Assembly (NCBI RefSeq): GCF_018336915.1
Contig: NZ_CP064923.1
Span: forward strand, 4,770,001 to 4,802,000
Direction of reading: 5' to 3'
DNA: 32,000 nucleotides
DNA from: Acaryochloris marina S15
GTDB taxonomy: Bacteria > Cyanobacteriota > Cyanobacteriia > Thermosynechococcales > Thermosynechococcaceae
Made by a program: the position numbers and the translations under genes. The notes under the pieces are model-generated. The model made no database searches. It was not told the DNA's origin and worked only from the letters and a program-made list of their open reading frames with translations. Of the stretch, positions 18,652-27,021 are shown one piece after another. Position 1 is the stretch's first letter, and each line of letters opens with the position of its first letter.

Positions 18652-19947
18652 CTAATTGATGGCCTGTCTCGCCATTGCGATCGCACGTTCTTTCTGTGGA
18701 TCTTGGCCCTGGGCATAGGGGATGGGTAAAGGGATAACCACATTAGGGGTCACGCCGACCCCCTCTAATCGAACTGTTTTATCGACATAAACATCTTTCA
18801 CTGCAACATATAGCAAGCTTTGATCTGGCATCAGAAAGGGGCGTCCAGCCACCACTGCCCCCGCCGTAGGGCTACCAACAACGGGGCCAATATCATATTG
18901 TTGAAAGCCATAGGCCAGGATCTCCTTAGCACTGCGGCTTCCTTCATTCACAAGCATGACCACAGGCTTATTCCACTGGCCATGGAAGGTAGATGCCTCC
19001 CCATCTCTATTAATGCTGGTCAAACTAGGCCCTCTAGCCGTAAACAATTGCAGTGCCGTCAGCGGATCGCCTCCCCAACCGTCTCTTAAATCCAGTACCA
19101 GGGCATCGGCCTTTCTCAAACGGCCATAGATCACTTCGTCTTCCAACTCTTGCTGATACTGATCTCCGGCATAGGACCACATGTGAATATAACCAACCTT
19201 TTTTTCATCCGCTTCAACCATCTGCACACTATTAGCGATGGCCTCTACAAACATCGTGGTGCTATCGAAAAGCTTGGGGGTCACTGTGATGTTTTTTTGA
19301 CTACTAGAATCTGGAGTCCTTTGGATCCGCAGCTTGATAGGTTGGTTCGCTTTGCCTTGAAACGATTCCAGCGGGTGAAACGGTTGGTCTGCCACACGAA
19401 GAATCTGGTCTCCCACCTTAAGACCAGCCTTGGAGGCAGGGCTACCCTCAAAAATTGCCTTAATAAACATTTTGCCTTGGATAGGCTGAGTCACAATCCC
19501 AATTCCCTCATACTGAATCTTCCCCTCAGGGAAAGTAGATTTGAGCTGAGTGCGCAATTCTCTAATGCGGGGATAGAAAATACCCAATAGCTGGTAGTAC
19601 GCGGGTTCATCAGCAGTAAACAGGTGAGTATGAGACGTTTGCAAACGATCCAGCATCTCATTGATCACTTCAGCCTTTTTTGCCCGAGACGATGCCTTGG
19701 CCACCTGGGGCTGGTATTGCGATTTCAAGGCTGCCCAGTCTAAGCCCTTGAATTCAGGGTCGTAAAAGTTTTCATTGACGGTGCTCCAAACTGTATCGAA
19801 CAAGCTAGGTTGCGCAGAGGACACAGAAGACATCGACCCTTGTGAGAGCCAAAGCACCAGACCAATGCCTATTGCTATTAGAAAACTTAGTAGATAGCTT
19901 TTAGATCGCTTCAATTTTCGGATAACAGTCTGCATCTTTTGTCTCAC
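18652..19947 (-). CDS. S41 family peptidase with PDZ domain
   Basis: 431 aa with an N-terminal membrane anchor, a PDZ-like block (GIGIV...IFEGSPASKAGLKVGDQILRV) and the S41 catalytic region (LVNEGSRSAKEILA). Confidence 0.85.
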   Translation of the reverse strand: MRQKMQTVIRKLKRSKSYLLSFLIAIGIGLVLWLSQGSMSSVSSAQPSLFDTVWSTVNENFYDPEFKGLDWAALKSQYQPQVAKASSRAKKAEVINEMLDRLQTSHTHLFTADEPAYYQLLGIFYPRIRELRTQLKSTFPEGKIQYEGIGIVTQPIQGKMFIKAIFEGSPASKAGLKVGDQILRVADQPFHPLESFQGKANQPIKLRIQRTPDSSSQKNITVTPKLFDSTTMFVEAIANSVQMVEADEKKVGYIHMWSYAGDQYQQELEDEVIYGRLRKADALVLDLRDGWGGDPLTALQLFTARGPSLTSINRDGEASTFHGQWNKPVVMLVNEGSRSAKEILAYGFQQYDIGPVVGSPTAGAVVAGRPFLMPDQSLLYVAVKDVYVDKTVRLEGVGVTPNVVIPLPIPYAQGQDPQKERAIAMARQAIN

Positions 19948-20070
19948 CTACAATGAGCTGCGTTGCTAAGCATGATATTGGCGACCATCCCTATAGTGAG
20001 AACAACCAACAGTGAATCCGGTCATTATGGGAGTGATACTTTTCTTCCATGAGGCGCAAAGCGTTCTGGA

Positions 20071-20391
20071 CTAACGTTCGCCCTGGGGTAAGAATTGCCT
20101 GCGCTCCAAGTCACGGCGGTGTTTCAGTTGCTGCCTCAACTCCTGCTGTCGCTGCTTTAGAAATTCATCGATGTGCCGATGCTGATTGAGACAGAACTGC
20201 CGATGAAAGTCTAACTGCTGTTGAAGATGCTGCCGCCTTTGTTGAAACAGAGACCGCTGCTGACGATAGTGTTGAGAATGAACAGGCGTTTGAGCCAGCA
20301 GAGGGATTGACCGGCTAAGGGTCAAAGGAGCCGTCAAAAATACCCTAAGGGATCTGTGGCAAAGTACTGTCATGGAACTGACCTCTGCCAC
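20071..20391 (-). CDS. Hypothetical Gln/Arg-rich small protein, possibly secreted
   Basis: It is the only ORF in a 560-bp gap. From the internal Met (20373), a hydrophobic leader (MTVLCHRSLRVFLTAPLTLSRSIPLLAQ) is followed by a helical Q/R/H-rich repeat region. Confidence 0.35.
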   Translation of the reverse strand: MAEVSSMTVLCHRSLRVFLTAPLTLSRSIPLLAQTPVHSQHYRQQRSLFQQRRQHLQQQLDFHRQFCLNQHRHIDEFLKQRQQELRQQLKHRRDLERRQFLPQGER

Positions 20392-20505
20392 TAGTGTAGC
20401 GAGTTAGATAGATAGCGAGCTTGTTCTTGTCTTGAGCAACTCAGACCAATGCAAGTCGGCTTCTTTAGGTCGAACCGACCTCTGCCTGATTGCCTAAATC
20501 AGAGG

Positions 20506-22260
20506 TCATTCTCTCACCTCTCGAATATCATGAATATTCCACGTTACTTTGCCTAAAGCCGTATATTGGGTGCCTTCAAAGTCATTTCGGACTGCTGCTA
20601 GGGCCAACGGATTAATCAGATAAATAAAGGGTAAGTACTCCTGGGCAATCTGTTGAGTCTCCGCATAAATCGCTTTGCGTTTGGCCTCATCGATCTCTTG
20701 AGCACCTTGAATATAGAGATCGTCAATCTTCTGTTCCCAGTCGCTAACCGTAAAGCCTTGGATGGGTTCACTAGGGGGCTGGGGTTTTTGATTAAACATA
20801 TGTAGGCCCCCTTCTGGAGACCAGACATTCGCACCCGTATTGGGTTCTAAACCACCCGTTAACCCCAACAAAGCGCAGTCCCAATCTAATGAGTCACTCA
20901 ATTTATCAACCATCGTGTTGAAGGCAATGGGGGTATAGTCCACTTTTATGCCGACTTTCGATAAATCTTGCTTAATTTGGGCTCCTAATGTACTACCTGC
21001 AGGGGCCATCAGCGTAAAACGAACTGGATTATCCTTGTCATCAAAAAGTTGTCCTTTATTTTTGGTGGTAAACCCAGCGTCTTTCAGAAGTTGCTTGGAT
21101 TTCTCCGGATCATAGTTGTAAACCTTCAGGCCTTCTTCAGGAGATAGGTAATAAGGACTTTGAACCGATATCGACGAATTTTGGGGTAAACCTAGTCCTT
21201 GATAGGTATTAGCCAGCATTCGCTCTCGATCAATGGCATAGGCAACAGCTTGGCGAAATTTGACGTTATTAAACCATCGCGACTTCACAGGGTTGACTAG
21301 AGGCTTGTTGTTTCTGCGTCCTCGATTGAGGTTAAAGAGAATAAAGGTCGTGCCAAAATCAGGCCCCCCTTCATAGATGGTGAAGTTACCAGCCTTTTCT
21401 TCCCGCTTCAGGAGCGAAAACGTACTGGCCCGCACCCCTACAGAATCTAATCCACCCGAGCGGAATTGTAGAAGAGCCGTATCGGGAGATTCGACAATTT
21501 TCCAAATAATGCGCTCAATATTCCCGTTGGCACGACCAGGGATTTGATAGCGCCAATAAAACTGGTTGCGTCGAAACACGACTCGCTGGTTGGTTTCGTA
21601 GGATTCGAGCTGGTAAGGCCCATTGACAATAATTTCCCTGGGGTCCGTATCGACCCCCCAAGCAGAAATGAATTGGGGATTGCCTTTGCGATCTGGCGTA
21701 TCCACCAATTTCTTGAGGGCATGGGCCGGCAAAATATTAACGGCCCCAGCAGTCCGCAGAAATGGGGCAAAGGGTTCCGGAATGGAGAACTCTACTCGCC
21801 GGTCATCTAGTTTTCTGACCTTGGGCAAGGCCCGACTTTTACCAATTCTGAGAACATCGCGAGTATCAGTAGGAATAGCTTCATTCAGATAGACATCGTT
21901 ATAGGAAAAAACAACATCATCTGCTGTTAAAGCAACCCCATCTGACCATTTCAGATTAGGTCGGAGGGTAAAGATAATTGTGAGTTTATCGGCAGAGAAT
22001 TCCCAAGACTCCGCAAGGGCAGGCTCAATCTCGCCTGTAAGACCATTCTGGGTCGTTAATCCTTCATAAATCAAGCCGAAGACATTGTTGGCTTCTTGAC
22101 TTTGGGAAGAATTAAACGTTTTAGGGGCACTCAGCAGGGTATCTACATACTGGGGCACCCGTGCCGTTTGGGTTTTGAATTGGGAGAGGCTACAGCCAGG
22201 GAGTGCGATCGCAACCACCAATACCAAACTCAAAGCCACCCACCGACGCAGAAAAGCCAT
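20506..22260 (-). CDS. ABC transporter substrate-binding protein, family 5 (peptide-type), lipoprotein
   Basis: 584 aa with a lipobox (ALPGCS). It is a paralogue of the SBP at 15601-17415 but has no adjacent permease or ATPase genes. Confidence 0.9.
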   Translation of the reverse strand: MAFLRRWVALSLVLVVAIALPGCSLSQFKTQTARVPQYVDTLLSAPKTFNSSQSQEANNVFGLIYEGLTTQNGLTGEIEPALAESWEFSADKLTIIFTLRPNLKWSDGVALTADDVVFSYNDVYLNEAIPTDTRDVLRIGKSRALPKVRKLDDRRVEFSIPEPFAPFLRTAGAVNILPAHALKKLVDTPDRKGNPQFISAWGVDTDPREIIVNGPYQLESYETNQRVVFRRNQFYWRYQIPGRANGNIERIIWKIVESPDTALLQFRSGGLDSVGVRASTFSLLKREEKAGNFTIYEGGPDFGTTFILFNLNRGRRNNKPLVNPVKSRWFNNVKFRQAVAYAIDRERMLANTYQGLGLPQNSSISVQSPYYLSPEEGLKVYNYDPEKSKQLLKDAGFTTKNKGQLFDDKDNPVRFTLMAPAGSTLGAQIKQDLSKVGIKVDYTPIAFNTMVDKLSDSLDWDCALLGLTGGLEPNTGANVWSPEGGLHMFNQKPQPPSEPIQGFTVSDWEQKIDDLYIQGAQEIDEAKRKAIYAETQQIAQEYLPFIYLINPLALAAVRNDFEGTQYTALGKVTWNIHDIREVRE

Positions 22261-22328
22261 ACTGTTCCTAACGTTTAACGCTGAGTCTGATGGTAGCGTA
22301 CAAGTCTATCGGAATTGCCAAGCAAGTT

Positions 22329-23408
22329 TTAAGTCGGGTCAGCAGCAGGAGTACTCTCCGTACTCACAGGCAAAACAGGGGGCTGAATATAATCGGCAGG
22401 GGGTTCTCCGGTTAGGGATTCTAGAAAGGCAACAATATCTCCTGCTTCCGCATTAGACAGATCTTTACCCAACTGGGTGTTGGCCATTTGCACCACAGCA
22501 GCTTTCAGAGATTTGACCGAACCATCATGAAAATAGGGACCGGTCTCAGCTACGTTGCGCAGAGAAGGCACTTTAAATAGCATCCGGTCATCGTCACTTC
22601 CAGTCACTTTGTAGCGCCCTTGATCATCTTGGTTCGGCCAAGGATTAACTCGACCGGCTTTTTGATAGGTGTTACCGCCCAAATAAGTGCCGTTATGACA
22701 TTGAGCACACCCTGCATCCGTAAAGAGGGTTAGACCCCGTTTTTGTTTGGCATTGAGAGCGGTTTGGTCGCCAGCAAAGTAGCGATCAAAAGGGGCAGGC
22801 GTCACCAATCCTCGCTCAAAAGAACCAATAGCTTGACCCAGGTGATCATAAGTCACGGACGGTTTGTCTTGGGGAAAGGCTGTGGCAAAGGCTTCCACAT
22901 ATTCCGGCATAGAATTAAGGACTTTGAGAACCTGAGCCTCGGAAGGCATCGCCATCTCTACTGGATTGAGAATTGGGCCTTTAGCCTGGGCTTCTACATC
23001 AGCAGCTCGGCCATCCCAGAATTGAGCCACATGGGAAGCGGCGTTATACACCGAGGGAGAATTACGTCCCCCGAGTTGTCCCTTGTGGCCAGGAGAAAAA
23101 GGCTGGTTATCAACGCCATAGTGATCGAGCTGATGGCAGCTATTGCAGGAAATATCCTGATTTTTGCTGAGGCGCTTTTCAAAGTAGAGGCTCCGGCCTA
23201 AGGCTACTAGCTCAGGATCGGCAGGCTGCTGTTGGGGATAGAAATTCTCGGGTAAGGGCGGACCAAATAAGGCGAGGTTGGGGACTTCATCGGCAATCGC
23301 AACATCCGAAACGCAGAGCAACATCAACAAAGTCGCTGCCAATACTACCCAAAACACAATCAACCGCTGAATCTTATCGCGGGTTCCGTGATGCCATTGC
23401 AAAGTCAT
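22329..23408 (-). CDS. Di-haem cytochrome c peroxidase (CCP/MauG family)
   Basis: 359 aa with an N-terminal anchor and two CxxCH haem motifs (CNSCH and CAQCH). It also has the conserved FKVPSLRNV...PYFHDGS block. Confidence 0.9.
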   Translation of the reverse strand: MTLQWHHGTRDKIQRLIVFWVVLAATLLMLLCVSDVAIADEVPNLALFGPPLPENFYPQQQPADPELVALGRSLYFEKRLSKNQDISCNSCHQLDHYGVDNQPFSPGHKGQLGGRNSPSVYNAASHVAQFWDGRAADVEAQAKGPILNPVEMAMPSEAQVLKVLNSMPEYVEAFATAFPQDKPSVTYDHLGQAIGSFERGLVTPAPFDRYFAGDQTALNAKQKRGLTLFTDAGCAQCHNGTYLGGNTYQKAGRVNPWPNQDDQGRYKVTGSDDDRMLFKVPSLRNVAETGPYFHDGSVKSLKAAVVQMANTQLGKDLSNAEAGDIVAFLESLTGEPPADYIQPPVLPVSTESTPAADPT

Positions 23409-23580
23409 GGGCCACCTCTCCTCTTAGAAAACTCTATGGGCGCAAGCTGCACTCCACTCAAATTTTATGAGTTAGCCAAAAGTGAATGACGACCCGTAAG
23501 AAAACGTGATGGCTCCATGACGTTTTGGCACAAAACCATACATAGCTTCGAAGTTCGCAAGAAAAGGTTGAACTCAATCA

Positions 23581-23700
23581 TTAACCCTTCAATATCAATG
23601 GAGATGTCATCTATGGACAGATCCTTAAGGGGATTATCGCCCATGGGGGAAAGCTATCCTGAGAGATTTTTCTCGTAAGGCTGCCACCCTTGCAAAGTCA
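23581..23700 (-). pseudogene. Decayed copy of the 3' end of the AsmA-like gene (relic fragment)
   Basis: It aligns by eye with 26213-26345 at roughly 75-80% identity. One frame encodes GDNPLKDLSIDDISIDIEG, compared with GDNPLKNFPIDDIPIDDIPIDIGD in the intact gene. Upstream it is frameshifted, and one 15-nt repeat unit is missing. Confidence 0.6.
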
Positions 23701-23989
23701 GATGCAGCTCACAACAATGCCTTCATGGCACTTCCAAACCGAGTAATTGCAATCACTCGGTAACTGGCAAAGGCTGATCGCTTTGTCTGAGGTGAAGCAA
23801 TAACGCCCAGTTACCATCTACTGACTGTTTTATTTTTTTTCAATGACGACCGAAAATGCTCTCCAGAACTTGCTTAAAAACCTTGATACGTTCGCTTACA
23901 GATGGTTAATATCTAAGTTTCTAAATTCTTCATGTGTCAGGTCATCTTTTTTATACGTTTAACATAAAATAGCTCTGACGCTTGAGATC

Positions 23990-26092
23990 ATGATGCTAGG
24001 CATCCAACCATTTAGAGCGGCTTTAACCCCACTCCAAAAAGCTTTTACCTGTATTTGTTGTTCATCCATGTACCTGACTCGTCTTGTTCACTCTAAGACC
24101 CTGCTGTTATTGCGAGAGGCATTTACATCCCTCTTGCCTGTCGTCTTAGTGATGAATATTATCGTTTTGCTGTCAGGTCTGTCTGGCCTGCTGGCATCTC
24201 AGAGCGTGGTAGCAGAGAGTTTCATCAACGGGAATGAAGTCAGCCGACTCTATTTCTTTTTAGTCCCGTTTTTTCTCAACATTTCCCTGAGCACCCTAAT
24301 GGCCAAGGAGAAAGATCTGGATCAGGTGAGTACTGTTCTGATCTCAGTCGTTTGTTTTTTGCGGGTGTCGGGCTTTTTGTTTATCGATTCGACAGGCCAA
24401 ATCCTCTCGTTTCAAGGTTCAGTGCTCACTAGTATTCCAGCCACACTGGTAGCAGTCACACTACTCCATTACTTCAGTCGATTCTCTGCTCTGCAATTTT
24501 TTAGAGGTCGATCTGAGGTGAGTCCAGCCCTCCAAAGAACCCTGAACCTCCTGATTCCAGGTCTCCTAACAGTGTTGTGTTTTGAGTTAATCGGCCAAGG
24601 ATTTAGGCTATTTTTTAAGACTGGTCTGTTCAGTTTTTTATTCGAAATCCTACCTAAATTGCAAGCCACCCAAGAAGTCATTCTCTTTAAGCTAATTTCT
24701 CAACTTTCTTGGTTTTTCGGGATTCATGGCGAGTATAGTGCCGATGGTCTATTTCGAATTTTGAATGCGATTCCATCCTCTGAAGCTGGCAGTATTCACT
24801 TCAAAGTTTTGCATGATGTTTTTATGAATATTGGAGGGTCTGGCTCCACTTTCGTCGTGCCATTGGCGATTCTTTTTCTACCCGGATCTACCCAATTCAA
24901 ACCCATTGCGCAGCTGAGTCTGCCATTCGCACTCTTCAATGTGAATGAGATTTTATTGTTCGGACTTCCGATTATTCTAAATCCACTCTTTCTGGCACCG
25001 TTTCTGTTAGCTCCGCTGGTCAATATGGCTATTGCGCTGACTGCAATTCACTGGGGAGCATTCACCATTAGTGCGACTGCCATAAACTGGATGTCTCCGC
25101 CTTTATATAGTGCCTATGCGGCCTCTGGAGGATCGGGAGGGGCGGTACTGACCCAGTTCCTTTGCATCGTTATCGATATGGGTATCTACTATCCATTTCT
25201 GGTTCTGGCAAAGCAGCAGTCCAATACTCCACGTGCGCTCCGCAAGCTCTTGGATGGTGATGCCTACCAGTTTGTGAATAGAGAAATCAATCGCCAAGAA
25301 GAGCGGCGTTTTATGACTCAGAAAATGGATCAAGTCCAAGACATGGAAGAGGTCCAACGCTTACTACAGCAACTCAAAGGCGGGCAGTTTCTCCTCTACT
25401 TTCAGCCTAAGGTAGATGCCCAGTCGAAAGCACTCGTTGGCTTAGAAACGTTGCTGCGTTTCCAAGATGCAGGGGGTAACATTGTCCCCCCTACGTTTTT
25501 GCCGATCCTCTACCAACAGGGCTTATCTAAGGCTATAGATCAAAAAGTGCTGTCGCTTGTTTTTGACCAGATCAAACAGTGGCGAGGGAATGGTCAAGGA
25601 TTTCCTCAGATTAGTATTAACCTGGATAAACATTTTTTATTAGATCCACCCTCTGTAAAGACTTTGATTGCTAAAGCCAGACAAGAAGGGATTTGCTTTG
25701 AACTAGAAATTACTGAACATACCTACACTTCGGAAGTGAAATCTTTGGCATCAGTGGTTCGTGACCTTCGATCTGCTGGGCATCAAGTTTCAATTGATGA
25801 TTTTGGGGCAGGCTATTCTTCCCTCACAACCTTAGTTTCTCTGGAAGCAGATTCGGTCAAATTAGACCGCAAGCTGGTCGTCGCCCCTGAAGGGGAAATC
25901 CAGCGGGGACGAGTGTTACTAGAGTCTAGTGTGAAGCTCTGTCATGACTTAGGATTTTCTGTGGTGGCAGAAGGAATTGAAAACTTGTCTCAGTTACAAC
26001 TAGTGCAACACTGTGGAGTAGATTTCGTGCAAGGGTATTACACAGGCAAACCCATGCCTGCTAATCAGGTCAGTCGCCTATTTCAGGCGTAA
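23990..26092 (+). CDS. PTS EIIC (lactose/cellobiose-type) domain / EAL domain fusion protein, putative c-di-GMP phosphodiesterase
   Basis: 700 aa. Residues ~30-420 are polytopic and carry EIIC motifs (LSWFFGIHG, NIGGSGSTF, LFNVNEILLFGLPIILNPLFLAPF, ASGGSGGAVLTQ). Residues ~455-695 carry EAL motifs (FQPKV...GLETLLRF, SINLD, ELEITEH, SIDDFGAGYSSL, VKLDRKLV, VAEGIEN, QGYYTGKP). Confidence 0.9.
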   Translation: MMLGIQPFRAALTPLQKAFTCICCSSMYLTRLVHSKTLLLLREAFTSLLPVVLVMNIIVLLSGLSGLLASQSVVAESFINGNEVSRLYFFLVPFFLNISLSTLMAKEKDLDQVSTVLISVVCFLRVSGFLFIDSTGQILSFQGSVLTSIPATLVAVTLLHYFSRFSALQFFRGRSEVSPALQRTLNLLIPGLLTVLCFELIGQGFRLFFKTGLFSFLFEILPKLQATQEVILFKLISQLSWFFGIHGEYSADGLFRILNAIPSSEAGSIHFKVLHDVFMNIGGSGSTFVVPLAILFLPGSTQFKPIAQLSLPFALFNVNEILLFGLPIILNPLFLAPFLLAPLVNMAIALTAIHWGAFTISATAINWMSPPLYSAYAASGGSGGAVLTQFLCIVIDMGIYYPFLVLAKQQSNTPRALRKLLDGDAYQFVNREINRQEERRFMTQKMDQVQDMEEVQRLLQQLKGGQFLLYFQPKVDAQSKALVGLETLLRFQDAGGNIVPPTFLPILYQQGLSKAIDQKVLSLVFDQIKQWRGNGQGFPQISINLDKHFLLDPPSVKTLIAKARQEGICFELEITEHTYTSEVKSLASVVRDLRSAGHQVSIDDFGAGYSSLTTLVSLEADSVKLDRKLVVAPEGEIQRGRVLLESSVKLCHDLGFSVVAEGIENLSQLQLVQHCGVDFVQGYYTGKPMPANQVSRLFQA

Positions 26093-26212
26093 TCCAATGC
26101 GTTACTGCCAAACCAGCACTTACTATGAGCTGAAACTGGTCTGGGATTCATTATGAAGTAACACCAGGCTGCTTTACACCATAGTCCTTCAGCCTCTAGG
26201 CAAACGGCTGAC

Positions 26213-26953
26213 TTAGGGAATCAAGTCTCCAATATCAATGGGGATGTCATCAATAGGAATATCGTCAATGGGAAAGTTCTTGAGGGGATTATCGCCATCA
26301 AGCTTGAGGGGAAAGCCATCTTGAGGAATTTTTTCGAGTAAAGCAGTGGTTACGGCATTTGCGATCGCAACCGACAATTTTCCCTCTGCATTTTTAGAGG
26401 TCACATCCGTCAACTCAATATCGCTGATATCAAGATCCTCTTCGATGCCAAAATCACCAATGGCAGTGACTTTAATGGAAGCTTTGATATTACGGATACT
26501 GAGGCGACCAATCTTAACCACCTTCTCGTTACCGCTGCTTTCAGGCTGATCCTTTTCTTGCAGGGTATCAACCACTTTCACCAAATTATTGTCTGGAATC
26601 TGTTGCTCCACCTTCAGATCCAATCCGTTGACGGTCAGGGATTCAATGTCCACCTGATCTTGCCAAAGGTTGGAGAGCTGAAAATCTAAATCTAAATTTT
26701 GGACTTTAATCAGATGAGGCGTGGAAAATCCATCGGGATTCTTGAGGGTAATGGCTTTAATGGTCAAATCCCCAGCGAAGGGCTGAAAGTTGAGTCCCTC
26801 TACATCCGTATTCACGCCCGTCGTATCTTTAATGGCCCCTTCTAGGGCTGACTCAATGATGCCATTGCGACTAAACCAGCCAATTCCCAATGCGAGAACT
26901 GCGATCGCAACTCCGCCACCCAAAATCTTTAATGCACGCTTCGCCATAGCCAC
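26213..26953 (-). CDS. Membrane-anchored AsmA-like / DUF748-like protein with C-terminal (P/S)IDDI repeats
   Basis: 246 aa. An N-terminal anchor is followed by a beta-rich region resembling the AsmA N-terminal pattern (GV.TDVEGL.F.PF.G.L.I..I.L.NP.GF..P.L..V..L). The acidic tail is PIDDIPIDDIPIDIGDLIP. The coding call is firm; the family call is tentative. Confidence 0.6.
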   Translation of the reverse strand: MAMAKRALKILGGGVAIAVLALGIGWFSRNGIIESALEGAIKDTTGVNTDVEGLNFQPFAGDLTIKAITLKNPDGFSTPHLIKVQNLDLDFQLSNLWQDQVDIESLTVNGLDLKVEQQIPDNNLVKVVDTLQEKDQPESSGNEKVVKIGRLSIRNIKASIKVTAIGDFGIEEDLDISDIELTDVTSKNAEGKLSVAIANAVTTALLEKIPQDGFPLKLDGDNPLKNFPIDDIPIDDIPIDIGDLIP

Positions 26954-26963
26954 CCTGCACTGA

Positions 26964-26989
26964 GAACTGCCGCGCTAGCACGGCAGTTC
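26964..26989 (-). terminator. Strong hairpin between gnd and the AsmA-like gene (no U-tract)
   Basis: Perfect 9-bp stem GAACTGCCG / CGGCAGTTC with an 8-nt loop, 33 nt past the gnd stop. No T-run follows on either strand, so a terminator role is uncertain. Confidence 0.35.
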
Positions 26990-27021
26990 CAGCTTATCCC
27001 ACAAAAATCCAGCTTGGGAAA

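Noticed and set aside
18820-19590. Plus-strand ORFs (89, 60 and 146 aa) antisense to the S41 peptidase gene
   Set aside because: They are shadow ORFs inside a well-supported gene.
20478-20506. Hairpin ACCTCTG-15 nt-CAGAGGT immediately after the SBP stop (minus strand) as a terminator
   Set aside because: No U-tract follows on the transcribed strand and the stem is modest. It was left unannotated.
23843-23962. 39-aa ORF (MTTENALQNLLKNL...) just upstream of the EIIC-EAL gene as a possible leader peptide
   Set aside because: It has no RBS, no motif, and sits in AT-rich sequence where short ORFs arise by chance. It is not supportable from sequence alone.
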